Positions 1 to 10,450 of a stretch of DNA of 64,000 nucleotides are shown here, piece by piece. A program made the position numbers and the translations under genes. How positions within the stretch are numbered: the first letter of the stretch is position 1; the number at the start of each line of letters is the position of its first letter. The stretch spans positions 32,001 through 96,000 of the IMG/VR virus record IMGVR_UViG_3300021426_000004. The stretch is one strand, 5' to 3'. Under the pieces are notes generated by a model, which was not told where the DNA came from, searched no databases, and was given only the letters and a program-made list of their open reading frames with translations. The stretch comes from a virus (taxonomy: Duplodnaviria; Caudoviricetes).

Positions 1-316
1 AGTATTTGTCCTGATTTCCTTTAGTAGGGGCAGGAACAGCACCAACAGTACCATTACTGCTTGAATTAGCTCCTCCGAAGACGGGGATGTTAACTGCTTT
101 GCTTGACACAGTAAGTGCCGTGCCATTCAGCTTTACACCCTCAAGAACATTAACTTGAGCGCCAGCAGCAATACCTTCAAGCTTCGTCTTCAGAGCATTT
201 GTAAAGTCTTCTGTACTAAGACCTTTTCCGGTCTGTGCTTTTTGAAACGTATCCCATATAATGCCAAGCAGGTAGGACAGTTCGTCCTTAGACATTGTAA
301 AACCCTGTACAGCCAT
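1..316 (-). CDS. Fibre-type virion protein, N-terminal part (runs off window)
   Basis: Not in ORF track. ATG at 316 with upstream GAGGTG; reads MAVQGFTMSKDELSYLLGIIWDTFQKAQTGKGLSTEDFTNALKTKLEGIAAGAQVNVLEGV. The KGLSTxDFT...KLxGIAxGAQVNV motif is typical of phage head/tail fibre proteins. Confidence 0.75.
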   Translation of the reverse strand, partial: MAVQGFTMSKDELSYLLGIIWDTFQKAQTGKGLSTEDFTNALKTKLEGIAAGAQVNVLEGVKLNGTALTVSSKAVNIPVFGGANSSSNGTVGAVPAPTKGNQDKY

Positions 317-333
317 TATTTTCACCTCATTGA

Positions 334-600
334 TTAAAGATTGTTGATGATCTCTCTGATTTCCGACCTTGTGATAAGCGGAAGCTCATCCTGTAAGCCT
401 AATTCAGATGATGTCTTGTTGCCGATCAGCGTTGTGCTGTTGATTTGTGGATGATGAATAAGCTTTTCATAATCATTTTCGTAGGTTATAGCTTTCTTTT
501 CCAACCCGATTTGTATATCGTTTTTACCTGTTCCAAGACCGATTTGAATATTGGGGGTTTTTCTTTCAACAGCAATTGTAATGTCCAATGCTTTAGACAT
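334..600 (-). CDS. Small virion adaptor protein (DYxxLxxxPxING motif)
   Basis: 88 aa; DYEKLIHHPQINSTTLIGNKTSSELGL matches the motif in 10451..11179. Confidence 0.55.
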   Translation of the reverse strand: MSKALDITIAVERKTPNIQIGLGTGKNDIQIGLEKKAITYENDYEKLIHHPQINSTTLIGNKTSSELGLQDELPLITRSEIREIINNL

Positions 601-937
601 TTCCGATCACCTCAGCGATTGTAAAAACAGCAGGAGACATTGGCGTATATGGTTCATTTTCTCCATAATAATTTGGAAAACGAATATCCCAAAGATAATT
701 ACCAAATTCAAGATTTTTTGTATCAGAATTGTTTATCTGTACAACAATTTGAGAATTGATTACTTCCAATATTTTTTTTATTTCAGGACGATCTTGAAAT
801 TGAGTTTTCTTCACAGAAAATAAAACTTTTTCACCATTTTCAGGGACATCTTCTCCAGTTAGTGTAATGGTAAAAGGTTCACAGTCTCCTCTTGTAATTG
901 TTATATTTGTTCCTTCAATCTTAATCATATGAACCAC
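593..937 (-). CDS. BppU-N-like baseplate/fibre adaptor
   Basis: 114 aa; ITITRGD...FSVKK...DTKNLEFGNYLWDI; paralog of 11195..11536. Confidence 0.6.
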   Translation of the reverse strand: MVHMIKIEGTNITITRGDCEPFTITLTGEDVPENGEKVLFSVKKTQFQDRPEIKKILEVINSQIVVQINNSDTKNLEFGNYLWDIRFPNYYGENEPYTPMSPAVFTIAEVIGNV

Positions 938-953
938 CTCAATGTTTCATATA

Positions 954-1877
954 TTAAGAATTAACGCCATTGGAAATAGCAGCATCAATTTCAGCGTTGG
1001 AAAGAGCTTGCACTGCAGTATAAACATCAGAAGCATACTGCTTAACACCATGAACTGTCATTGTTGCAGCAGTATCTGTAGACGAACCGAGAATTGCGTT
1101 AGCAGCGCCAGCAGCGTCAAAAGCAGAGCTAGCCATAAAGGCGGCAGTTCCGAGGCCATGAACAGGCACTTCATTTCCATCAACATCAATTGTCCCGTTG
1201 GTTGAACCCTCGCTAATATTCTGAACAGCAGATTGACTAAGAGCTATCTGAGAGCGAAGATTCGGATCAAGTTTTGAAGATGTAATAGAATTGTCTGAAA
1301 TAGTCGCAGTAACACGATGCTGACTATCAATGTCAATCATAATTGCGTCACCGGCCTGAGAGCCCGATGTTACATACTCAATAAGATTTGACACATTAAT
1401 ATACAGATCGCTCTGATCTGCATTTGCAAGTACAAGATGGATATAAGTTCCTGCAGGACCCCATGCTCCAGATCCTGATTTCGTTTCAACTGAACCAGAC
1501 TGAACAACCATATCCTTTGGAATATTAATATCTACGCCTACTTTTGTTCCTTGTCCAGATCCATGAGTATATTTCATGAGCTGATAAACAGCTGCATAAT
1601 CACCGCTGTTTGTTGCTTTAACAACAGCGTAAGTATCTTGCACATCAGGCGCTTGAACATACAGACCTTTATTTCCGGTTGTTTTCAGTTGAAGTAAGTT
1701 TCCTTCTTCCGCTGAAATCTGAACGGATATACCGGCGTCGCTATCGACAGAAATAGAGTCGTCAGCGGCCTGAACATTGGCAATACGATTATCATAACGT
1801 TCTTTAATTTTATCCCAAAGATGACCTACACCTGTGGAATTAAGAAACTTTTTTGTTTCTATAGGTTCATATGCCAT
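954..1877 (-). CDS. Fibre-like virion protein
   Basis: 307 aa; N-terminal KFLNSTGVGHLWDKIK; DINIPKDMVVQSGSV; HGLGTAAF...FDAAGAA fibre motifs. Confidence 0.65.
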   Translation of the reverse strand: MAYEPIETKKFLNSTGVGHLWDKIKERYDNRIANVQAADDSISVDSDAGISVQISAEEGNLLQLKTTGNKGLYVQAPDVQDTYAVVKATNSGDYAAVYQLMKYTHGSGQGTKVGVDINIPKDMVVQSGSVETKSGSGAWGPAGTYIHLVLANADQSDLYINVSNLIEYVTSGSQAGDAIMIDIDSQHRVTATISDNSITSSKLDPNLRSQIALSQSAVQNISEGSTNGTIDVDGNEVPVHGLGTAAFMASSAFDAAGAANAILGSSTDTAATMTVHGVKQYASDVYTAVQALSNAEIDAAISNGVNS

Positions 1878-1904
1878 AGTTGAGCACTCCTTTCGGATTT
1901 ATAA

Positions 1905-1940
1905 GAACACGCAGGGCGGCCAAAACCGCCCTGCGTGTTC
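1905..1940 (-). terminator. Strong intergenic hairpin (terminator or mRNA stabiliser)
   Basis: 15-bp perfect stem GAACACGCAGGGCGG/CCGCCCTGCGTGTTC; weak U-tract. Confidence 0.55.
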
Positions 1941-1942
1941 AT

Positions 1943-2365
1943 TTAAGAATTAAGCTTTTCGTTTAAGAGTTCGATTTGTTTTTGCTGTTCTACAACTAAT
2001 TCCCTTAATTCAGCTAAGGAAAGTTTCTTTTCAGGTTGTTCCTGAACAGGAACTTCATGCACTTCTTCAGCAGGAATTACGATTTCATCAATTTCAACAG
2101 TTTCGCCTTCACCAAGAAGATCTCTTAAATCATTGTATTCTGATTCAGCAATGATAACGACTTTTGCGTTGTCATAACCTTTTGCTTCATCCGGATGTTG
2201 TTTCATCCATGAATCTCTGTATATGTGATCCTCTTTATAGGACTGTACGAACTGACCTTCATCTGTAGAACAAATATTGAATTTGTGCTTGTTGATGTTC
2301 CATTTAAGAAATACAGTGCCAACATCAACAACAATATCGTTTCTGATAACTTTAAAGTATGTCAT
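1943..2365 (-). CDS. Hypothetical protein, possible fibre assembly chaperone
   Basis: 140 aa with RBS; immediately after the 2355-aa gene; C-terminal coiled coil. Confidence 0.55.
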   Translation of the reverse strand: MTYFKVIRNDIVVDVGTVFLKWNINKHKFNICSTDEGQFVQSYKEDHIYRDSWMKQHPDEAKGYDNAKVVIIAESEYNDLRDLLGEGETVEIDEIVIPAEEVHEVPVQEQPEKKLSLAELRELVVEQQKQIELLNEKLNS

Positions 2366-2381
2366 GTTTTACACTCCTTCC

Positions 2382-5300
2382 TTAAATAGAGAACATCAGT
2401 ATGATGCCGCGACGACCGTATTCAGGATAAAGCACAAAAGTACTTGTGGGCTGACCAGTAGGCCAGATTGTCCACTGACTTGAAGTAGAGTTAGCCTGTG
2501 CGGTTGTGTTATTGGATCTCGTCCAGTAAGTAATCGAGCGTACCCATAATCCACCCTGTGTTCCGGTTGCGACAATATTGTTGGAAGTTTCCGTAATGTT
2601 ACGGCCGCCAAGATAACCATGCCTATCAGCAGTAGTCTGTGTTACATACACATAAGCTCTGTCGCCTCTGATCCATACGTCGCCTTCCTTAACGTTATAA
2701 GTGCCGGTATAAAGCGTAGGATCGCTGTCAACTGTGTAGTATTGAGCGTCTTCCGGAATAGTAATACCCATAAACCTTACACGGCTCTTGTTGTCAATAC
2801 ACCAGCTGATTTGAGTACTTTCTGCTCTGTTAAGGTTCTGAGCGCCAGAGTACAGGTCAGCAATAGAAGGAATATAAAGTTTATCCGTGGTGTATTCAAG
2901 AACATTATAGTTGTCGGCACCACCCTTGGTAGGAATACTGACAGGACTGATAATGGACTGCCAAGAATATGGAAGGGCATTAAAGCATCTGTCGTTAATG
3001 AAAGATCTCACAAGTGAGTTCTTCCAGCCACCGGTTGTATAGATCTGGTTAAGACTGTCCGGTTCATACATTTCGTAAAACTGAGGCAACGGAGCGTTCA
3101 TAATAAACGAAGCGCCATCCATTAAACCAGTACCATCATCCTTATTGTAGAGATGGTTTCCACGATAATGCATTCTCCAGACTTCATGAGGCCAGCTTGC
3201 CAGTTCGTTAGAGACACTTGTTCCAAGATCGTCATACCAGATCTTTGCCCAGTGAATCCATCCTTTAGCAGGGAAACGAGAACCCTGGCTACCGTAAGCC
3301 ATAGCTCCAAACGAAAGAACAGAATCAGTCTGAGTATCCTGTGCACGCACAAGTTCAGTGGTAAATCCACTTGCATTATATGCGTCGTACCTATTCTCAT
3401 TGTTAGAAGGATAATCGTCGCCGCCGTATGTTGACGTATGAAGTACATAACGGCCGCCATTATCGGAAGAAACAAGCAGGTTTCTTGATCCTTTACGGTG
3501 TCTTAAGACAAGGATGCCACGGTTTAATCCGTGTCCAACGATAGCTGTCTTATCACCCCAAAGAACCTGAACGCTCTGGTTTTCATTGGTGTTTCCTGCT
3601 AAGTAATAATATACCCTGAAACCTTCAGTGCTTCCGGTAGAGTCACAGCAGCTGATCATTGTTGCGTTGGTTGTTGCTTCAGTGAATTCATAATCGATAG
3701 CAATTGTAAAGCTTGGAGCATCAGCGTCAAACAGCCTGATATTTTCTTTCTTTACAATTTCGGTGCCGTCGAAATATTTATTTTCAAGAAGCACTTCCGA
3801 TTGTACATTCGAGAAGTCAAAGTCTTTACCAACCTTAATATCAACATAGTCCTCGTCATGGAAGTAGTTAGAAGAGTTATAGGTTTTTGCAATACCGTAA
3901 ATCTGGGCAATAGACAAATCTTTAAGATTGACAGAGCCAGACGGAATAGTAGCACGATCCCAAATTGCGTACACATCTACATCTTCAGTAATGAATCCAG
4001 TAGACTTATCCCAGTTGAGGAACACCCAGAAGTAAAGGTTCTCTTCTTCGTCCGTTTTGGTCGGAGGGAATACATGATCCTCATCCTGATAGATTACTTC
4101 AGAACCATACTCAGCATAGGTTGTTTTTAAGAGAACACCTGTCTGAGCAAACCAGCGCACACGATACGTTCTGACGGCACTTGAATAAGTTGCGATAACA
4201 TTTCTGTTATCCATTACAGCACCGGAGATGTTTTGCCATCCTGTATATGTGTAAGTATACTGTGCTGTTGGTTCCATTGTAGGAGTATCAATATCTCCGT
4301 TTTCCACAGGATCAACAATTGTTTGACCACGATCCACATACTGGATGTAGTCTTTGCCAAGCCTGTCTTTAACCGTTGTTCCATCCGGATTGGAGAACGT
4401 GATCTGGAATTCTTCAAGAATATTATGATACGTAACAACAAGGTCTGGCCATGCAACACTATATTCATTCAGATTTCTCTGCCTCATAGACGGAGCATAA
4501 GCTTCACCGGCAAGAACAGATTGATCAATAGTGTGGTTGCTTTCATTTAAGCCTTGCAGACGAAGCATTCTGTTCAGCATATTTGCATTCGGCATAATCC
4601 ATTCAATGCCAATCAAACGAACAATCTGAAGATTCTCTGCTGCGCTTGCAATCATATAAGAATCGATTCCGGGAGTGTTTTCATATCTAAATGAAATCAA
4701 TCCGGAATAGTCTGTAATAGCAAAGTTCTCGTCTTTAAGATATGCAAGATTCAGAAGGCTTAAAGAAGTAGGCCTGTTAAGAATAGCACTGGATAACAGA
4801 CCGCCATCTGCAAATGAATATGCTGTAAACCCAGATCCTGTTGCATCAAGAGTTGTTAAAGATAAACATCCTGTCAAATCTAATGGTGAATTAGCGTTTG
4901 GTAAATTCTGGACATACAATCTTTCAAGCATAGTATTATTATCAAGTGAAAGACTCTTTAAGAAAGTATTTTCATATCCAATGTCGTTTGAACCAAGAGA
5001 CAATTCTCTTAATCTTGTCGCATCTGAGAAAACACAAGTATCTGCATATAAGTGTTCCATGCCGCTTATAGCCTGGATCATTGATGCAGTATTAACAACA
5101 ATCATCGTGTTATTTATCAATGATCCTTTTGAGAAAGGAATTGTAATAGGAACGTTTTTAGCAGCCTTAATTGGAGCCCATGCCGTAGTACCAACATTAA
5201 TAGAAATATACATTTTATTGTACATTGTAACTGTCAGTGTTCCACTAGGTTCAACGCCTCCAAGTTCAGCCCTAAGAACATAACCTGTTCTGTTATTATA

Positions 5301-8300
5301 AGTAACAACACGCCAATCATCTGCAATTCTGGACACGGTTACTAATGTGTTCACAGGAATTGTCTGGATTAATGTTCCGGATGCATTCGGCGAAGATCGC
5401 ATAGATGCGCCCGTTGCCTTTGTCACATAGTTGTTCCATGTGTTGGGCGTATAAGCACGGAAGTTAATATTCTGAGACGTTGAGGCTGAACCACGATACT
5501 TAGAAGAATCATACAATTCTTCAAAGTCTTCAAAGTGTTTTCTCTGATGGGACTTCTGTCCACCATCAAGGAAAGGCATCCAATCATCTTTACCAACAAT
5601 TCCGTCTTCATAAGTACGAAGATAATCGTACCAATAGCACTGCACCCAGCACCTTTCAGGAACTTTCTGTTGTTCCTTCAGTAAGAAATTATGATATGCA
5701 GTGGCAGACCATGCACCAGCAGATTCACGATTTGTAAACATTGCTCGGCATGCTTCATAAAGGTTTGCAACAAATACAAACCATACAGCGTCAGCGCCAT
5801 TGAAAACCTTCATACCGCCAATGTCATCGTTGTACTCATTGCCATAATCGAAGACCATCTGGCCCTGGTTGTTGTTTCCATCAGAGGTGTCCATATCATA
5901 TGCCTTAGACAGATCCCAGTGAATTAAGTCAGTAGATGACCAGAAGTTATTCTTGGAAACGTTATCCACCATTGTATGACGTTCAAGATATAAATAGTGA
6001 TATACGAACGAATCCATAACCATATAGTCTTCACACTCAGAGAGCATTTTAGCAATTCTACGCTCGAATGTGTCATGAGTATATGTTCCTGCATACTGTG
6101 TGACAGTAACACCGCGCAGAACTTGATTTCCTGGACGGTCATGTCCACGGAAAGTATAGTTATCATATGTTTCTGGTTCTGGCAGTAATTCATCAGTATG
6201 AGCATTGGGATTATTGGTAGCCATCCATGTTACAAGACGTTGCCATGCATCACGAATCTCTTGAGAAGGATTCTTTGTATCAGGATAACGCATACCAAAG
6301 AACTTTTCACCAGACCAATCTTCTTCGCTTAAGTCATCGTTGACCATTCTCATCTGATCTTTATCGTTGTCGTTGACTTCGATACAGACTTCTTTAGGGT
6401 TAGATAAGTCATGGAAAACGTGAACGTTCTTCTTGGAGTTTCCCATATTTGCAATAGAATACATATGGTACTTATTGTCTCCCCAAAGAACAAAATGTTT
6501 ATCATCTGGAATTTCGCCACTGTCTTTAATGAATTGAACACCCATATTAAATTCCATACAATCCCGTACAGTTAAACTGGGATACGGATTATACATCTGA
6601 TACCATTTAGCATTGCACATGTTGTTAACCTGTTCACAAGAAGCAAAGTTAACTTTTGTGTTGGCATAACTAATCGGGCATGAGTCATCATTCAGCTTCA
6701 TACCAACGGCTTTAACATACTTGGTTACATTCCTGTTGGAGTCTCTTTCAATAGGAACACAATCCACTGTGAGTTCAGTGTTTTCGTCCACAACAAAAAC
6801 CTTAGCATGGCCTGGGTTTTCGCTGTCTTCAATGAACCAGTTTCCGCCATAAGTATCATCTTTTACAGCACCTGCCAAAAGATCGACATCATTACCATCA
6901 GAAAGAGATGTAAAGTTAATATCTGTATTAGCTGCACCTTTGATATAATATACAGACGAGGTACCTTGAATAGACATTTTACCTACACCGGACATCTGGT
7001 AATATTGACTGCCGTTCTTCCAGAACTGGTTGAACTTACAGCCGCCAACCTTATCGCTTTTTTTGTTGGTTAAATAAGGAATATCATATAACCATACACG
7101 GCAGTCAGGATTCTTATCGACGAGCTTCTTGTAATCAATATCTCCGCCTTCGTTCAGAATGTCGTTACGGGAATAACGCTTTGCCATTTCTGAAGCATTC
7201 GGAGCATCCATAATGAAGTTGTCAATATGACCATCGCGATCAATAAGCATCGGATAGGTTTTAACCATATAAATGTAAACATCACAGTCATCAGAGCCTA
7301 AGACGATGTTTTCCCTTGTTTCATTGTTCTGCACAAAGTTGTCATTCGCATCGTAAACACGGCAGGAGGTAATAACACCATCAATCCATGCCATCATGTA
7401 ATGATAATTATTTGAAGGATAAACATCGAATTCCAGCTCGATGTATTCATCTTCGCCGTACGGAACGTTGATTGTCGTACCGGAAGAATTAAATGTTGCA
7501 TTGTGTGCGTTCATCCTGATGCCGACATCTGAATAACAATGACCAATTAAAGCATCATAGTTCCTGCAGTTCCTTACTTTGTAAATAATCTTAAAGGTCA
7601 TTCCTGACTCTTTAGGATCAACCGCAAACAGCTTATGTTTAATCGTCATTCTTGTCCCGGCTTTAATACAGAAATACTGCTGAAGGTTTCCTTTATCGTC
7701 TCTTTCTGTTTTTAGTCCGCCGTTAACCCAGTCAAAGTTATCGGAGAAGGATGCAGTAATTCCATTGGATTTCCATTCTCTTACTGCTTTATTAGAGGCA
7801 AATTCAGAACTCTTAAACCGGAATGTATATCCACTTACTTCTTCAATATCAAGTGCTACTTCGTTAACGTTTACCACGAGTGTCTTGACAGTTTCACCAC
7901 AGGTAATAGCAAGAGTGTGAGGCCCACTTGTGGTAGGAGTATATGCCCATAAATGGGTAGACCTGTCAATGTTTTCCCATTCACCTGCATATTCACCATC
8001 AACAGTTAATGTTGCATCTGCAAGGATATGCATTGGATCATAGATAACAACAGGAATCTCAATTGTATCGTATTGATCCATTTCAATATCGCTGTTCTTG
8101 AGAGTAGTATCCTTCATAGACACAGCGATAATAGGAGCAGGATTTCCACTTTCCACAAAGATTACTTCGTGATATTCGTGAGGAGTAGACTGAGGCTGGC
8201 CTCCGATAGAAGCAGTCACCCATCTTTCAAGACCGTAAGCGCCATGCGGCTGCATTGGAATACTGATAGACTGAGTTGCGTTCGTCTTGGTTGTCACCGT

Positions 8301-9449
8301 AACAGTCAGTTCTGTATCACCAAGTTTGGAATGCGAAGTCTTTTCGATTTCGCCGTATACCGTCCACGAATCAGTAAAGCTGGACTCATGGATAGACGTG
8401 TCGTTATAATTCCATACGAACCGCATGTTGACTGCGTTGACCCTCCACGTTTTAGAGGCAGTGACGTAAGCGGTTCCTCCTGTATCTGCAGTAACCGTAA
8501 TCTTGATTGTGTTATCACCGGCGTTTAGATACGGGCCGATATCAAAGGTATTGTTTCCGTTGACAACTGGGATGTTCCTGGCGACGGTAACACCACCAAC
8601 AGTCCATGTAGAATCTTTAAGTGTTGCAGCGTCGCCACTGGAATCCAGTGCAGTAACCTTAAACTGAATAGGGAAGGATGAACCATAAACACAGCTTGAA
8701 GATTCAGCCGTGATACGGGCAACGGTAACAGAGCCTACGCTTCCACCGCCGCCTCCGCCTCCTTCGATGTAAACATTGTCAAACAAATCGTTGTTGTTTG
8801 CGTCGTAGAAGTGGAGATAATGGTTGTCATCATACACAACAGACTTAATAGGGAAGTCTGTTTCAAGTTCCATTTCTTTACTTGTTCCGTCGGCGTAAAG
8901 AACCCTGATTCCATTTTCGATCTTTGTGATATCCGCTACGTTTTCACTGTATGTCTGGATTAAAGCTTCAATATTGGAGACCGTTGTACTTAAAGAACTC
9001 ACACTTGAGGTGGAAGCAGCATCAATATTAGCTCTTGACTGAATCTTCTGTTCATCTGTAAGATTCATTGAAGAGTATCTGAGGATATCTTCCGGAAGAT
9101 CGTTGGCGTCCAAAGCACCGATATTGGTTCTTGCCTGTGCTTTCTGTTCATTCGTTAAACTCTGTGATGTGAATTTCACACTGTCTTGATCGGAGATGCT
9201 CACATAACCATTTCCGTCCCAGTGATATAATGCTTTTGCAGTTGTATCAAGATACAACTTTTCAGCCTCACCTGTTACAGGAAAATCCTGAAAAGAAGCG
9301 TATTCAAGTACATTAAAGGCTGAAGAGGGAATCTCTGATTCAAGAACTTTACCATTTGAATCCAGCAAAGCTGGCTTTCCAGGTTGACCATAAGTGTTCT
9401 CAAGATCAGTTTTAAACCGACCCAACCGTTCAGGAGTAATCAATTTCAA
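2382..9449 (-). CDS. Giant multidomain virion/receptor-binding protein (Ig-like and lectin-like regions, CotH-kinase-like domain, SH3b, LRR-like repeats)
   Basis: 2355 aa; N-terminal fibre motifs (ALLDSNGKV..FPVTGEAEKLY, LTNEQKAQARTNIGA); QGTSS, DNVSKN and YDMDTSDG CotH-like motifs; SH3b-like segment at ~5263-5430; LxxLxLxxN repeats at ~4560-5030. Confidence 0.7.
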   Translation of the reverse strand: MKLITPERLGRFKTDLENTYGQPGKPALLDSNGKVLESEIPSSAFNVLEYASFQDFPVTGEAEKLYLDTTAKALYHWDGNGYVSISDQDSVKFTSQSLTNEQKAQARTNIGALDANDLPEDILRYSSMNLTDEQKIQSRANIDAASTSSVSSLSTTVSNIEALIQTYSENVADITKIENGIRVLYADGTSKEMELETDFPIKSVVYDDNHYLHFYDANNNDLFDNVYIEGGGGGGGSVGSVTVARITAESSSCVYGSSFPIQFKVTALDSSGDAATLKDSTWTVGGVTVARNIPVVNGNNTFDIGPYLNAGDNTIKITVTADTGGTAYVTASKTWRVNAVNMRFVWNYNDTSIHESSFTDSWTVYGEIEKTSHSKLGDTELTVTVTTKTNATQSISIPMQPHGAYGLERWVTASIGGQPQSTPHEYHEVIFVESGNPAPIIAVSMKDTTLKNSDIEMDQYDTIEIPVVIYDPMHILADATLTVDGEYAGEWENIDRSTHLWAYTPTTSGPHTLAITCGETVKTLVVNVNEVALDIEEVSGYTFRFKSSEFASNKAVREWKSNGITASFSDNFDWVNGGLKTERDDKGNLQQYFCIKAGTRMTIKHKLFAVDPKESGMTFKIIYKVRNCRNYDALIGHCYSDVGIRMNAHNATFNSSGTTINVPYGEDEYIELEFDVYPSNNYHYMMAWIDGVITSCRVYDANDNFVQNNETRENIVLGSDDCDVYIYMVKTYPMLIDRDGHIDNFIMDAPNASEMAKRYSRNDILNEGGDIDYKKLVDKNPDCRVWLYDIPYLTNKKSDKVGGCKFNQFWKNGSQYYQMSGVGKMSIQGTSSVYYIKGAANTDINFTSLSDGNDVDLLAGAVKDDTYGGNWFIEDSENPGHAKVFVVDENTELTVDCVPIERDSNRNVTKYVKAVGMKLNDDSCPISYANTKVNFASCEQVNNMCNAKWYQMYNPYPSLTVRDCMEFNMGVQFIKDSGEIPDDKHFVLWGDNKYHMYSIANMGNSKKNVHVFHDLSNPKEVCIEVNDNDKDQMRMVNDDLSEEDWSGEKFFGMRYPDTKNPSQEIRDAWQRLVTWMATNNPNAHTDELLPEPETYDNYTFRGHDRPGNQVLRGVTVTQYAGTYTHDTFERRIAKMLSECEDYMVMDSFVYHYLYLERHTMVDNVSKNNFWSSTDLIHWDLSKAYDMDTSDGNNNQGQMVFDYGNEYNDDIGGMKVFNGADAVWFVFVANLYEACRAMFTNRESAGAWSATAYHNFLLKEQQKVPERCWVQCYWYDYLRTYEDGIVGKDDWMPFLDGGQKSHQRKHFEDFEELYDSSKYRGSASTSQNINFRAYTPNTWNNYVTKATGASMRSSPNASGTLIQTIPVNTLVTVSRIADDWRVVTYNNRTGYVLRAELGGVEPSGTLTVTMYNKMYISINVGTTAWAPIKAAKNVPITIPFSKGSLINNTMIVVNTASMIQAISGMEHLYADTCVFSDATRLRELSLGSNDIGYENTFLKSLSLDNNTMLERLYVQNLPNANSPLDLTGCLSLTTLDATGSGFTAYSFADGGLLSSAILNRPTSLSLLNLAYLKDENFAITDYSGLISFRYENTPGIDSYMIASAAENLQIVRLIGIEWIMPNANMLNRMLRLQGLNESNHTIDQSVLAGEAYAPSMRQRNLNEYSVAWPDLVVTYHNILEEFQITFSNPDGTTVKDRLGKDYIQYVDRGQTIVDPVENGDIDTPTMEPTAQYTYTYTGWQNISGAVMDNRNVIATYSSAVRTYRVRWFAQTGVLLKTTYAEYGSEVIYQDEDHVFPPTKTDEEENLYFWVFLNWDKSTGFITEDVDVYAIWDRATIPSGSVNLKDLSIAQIYGIAKTYNSSNYFHDEDYVDIKVGKDFDFSNVQSEVLLENKYFDGTEIVKKENIRLFDADAPSFTIAIDYEFTEATTNATMISCCDSTGSTEGFRVYYYLAGNTNENQSVQVLWGDKTAIVGHGLNRGILVLRHRKGSRNLLVSSDNGGRYVLHTSTYGGDDYPSNNENRYDAYNASGFTTELVRAQDTQTDSVLSFGAMAYGSQGSRFPAKGWIHWAKIWYDDLGTSVSNELASWPHEVWRMHYRGNHLYNKDDGTGLMDGASFIMNAPLPQFYEMYEPDSLNQIYTTGGWKNSLVRSFINDRCFNALPYSWQSIISPVSIPTKGGADNYNVLEYTTDKLYIPSIADLYSGAQNLNRAESTQISWCIDNKSRVRFMGITIPEDAQYYTVDSDPTLYTGTYNVKEGDVWIRGDRAYVYVTQTTADRHGYLGGRNITETSNNIVATGTQGGLWVRSITYWTRSNNTTAQANSTSSQWTIWPTGQPTSTFVLYPEYGRRGIILMFSI

Positions 9450-9467
9450 TGTTACTCATCTCCTTTC

Positions 9468-10073
9468 TTAAGAAATCCCGAATAAAGCATCGATATCTTC
9501 ATCTGTTGCAATTTCGGGTTCAAATGTTATGCTGTCTATATAGGATTTAATTGTTTCGTTTGACTCGCTGGATATTTTAATGTTCTCGCCGTGAAGAACT
9601 ACTTCACCAGTAAGTCCGTTAACGCTTACAAGAGAACTATCCTGTCCTATGTAGGACACGTTATATATGTTACTTTGGGTCTGATCTGCCCATGTGAGAG
9701 TGCTTCTCGCCCAAAGGTATTTTCCTTGTTGAGGGGAAGGAGTCGGTGTCCAGTTATCACTGTCAAGTGGCGGAGTAGAAGGATTGTCTGAATTCTGATA
9801 AGTCGTAACAACTGTTGCACCTTTATTAGAAGCAGCCAAATGAATAATAGCATCCATCCATTCAGTTTCGGTGCCGGTATATCCACCTTCAACAGCTAAA
9901 GGATATAAAGTAATAAAGCCAAGTTCTGCAACCTGTCCGTTCGCATACTCGGCGTAGAGCATTCCTTTCTCACCAGTGTTTTCGCCGTCACCGATCCAGA
10001 CTCTTGTAACGTCTCTGTATAAAGGCAAGAACTCTTTAAATTGCGGATAAAACGTAAAAATACCTTCACTCAT
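9468..10073 (-). CDS. Virion/tail-associated protein
   Basis: 201 aa; GGYTGTETEW, WTPTPSPQQGKYLWAR and SVNGLTGEVVL phage tail motifs; ends ATDEDIDALF. Confidence 0.6.
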   Translation of the reverse strand: MSEGIFTFYPQFKEFLPLYRDVTRVWIGDGENTGEKGMLYAEYANGQVAELGFITLYPLAVEGGYTGTETEWMDAIIHLAASNKGATVVTTYQNSDNPSTPPLDSDNWTPTPSPQQGKYLWARSTLTWADQTQSNIYNVSYIGQDSSLVSVNGLTGEVVLHGENIKISSESNETIKSYIDSITFEPEIATDEDIDALFGIS

Positions 10074-10074
10074 T

Positions 10075-10401
10075 TTAATTCACCACCTCTCTGATATGCT
10101 GCGGGCCTGTTTCATCTACAAGCTCCATACTTGTACATCTGGCTCCTCCGATAAAATAAACATTTAATTGCATTTTGAATTTATTATTGTTTTCGAATAA
10201 CAAAGATTCTTCCTGAGAAAGAGTGATAACAACTTTGCTGTTCGAACCTTCTCCTTCAATCTGCCCCGGATAAACGATTTTCTGTAGAATAACACGATCT
10301 CTTTGCTTAAAAGAAACAACAAGTTTCTCAACGTCATTGCGGACAAAAGGAATATAATATTGGAAAGATATAGTTTCGCCGGGAATAAACATAGTTTTCA
10401 C
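10075..10401 (-). CDS. BppU-like adaptor protein
   Basis: 108 aa; ITLSQEESLLF motif, size and context. Confidence 0.5.
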   Translation of the reverse strand: MKTMFIPGETISFQYYIPFVRNDVEKLVVSFKQRDRVILQKIVYPGQIEGEGSNSKVVITLSQEESLLFENNNKFKMQLNVYFIGGARCTSMELVDETGPQHIREVVN

Positions 10402-10450
10402 TTCCTTTCTCAGAATTTGAAAAATGGAATTTTATAAATGTCCGTATCTA

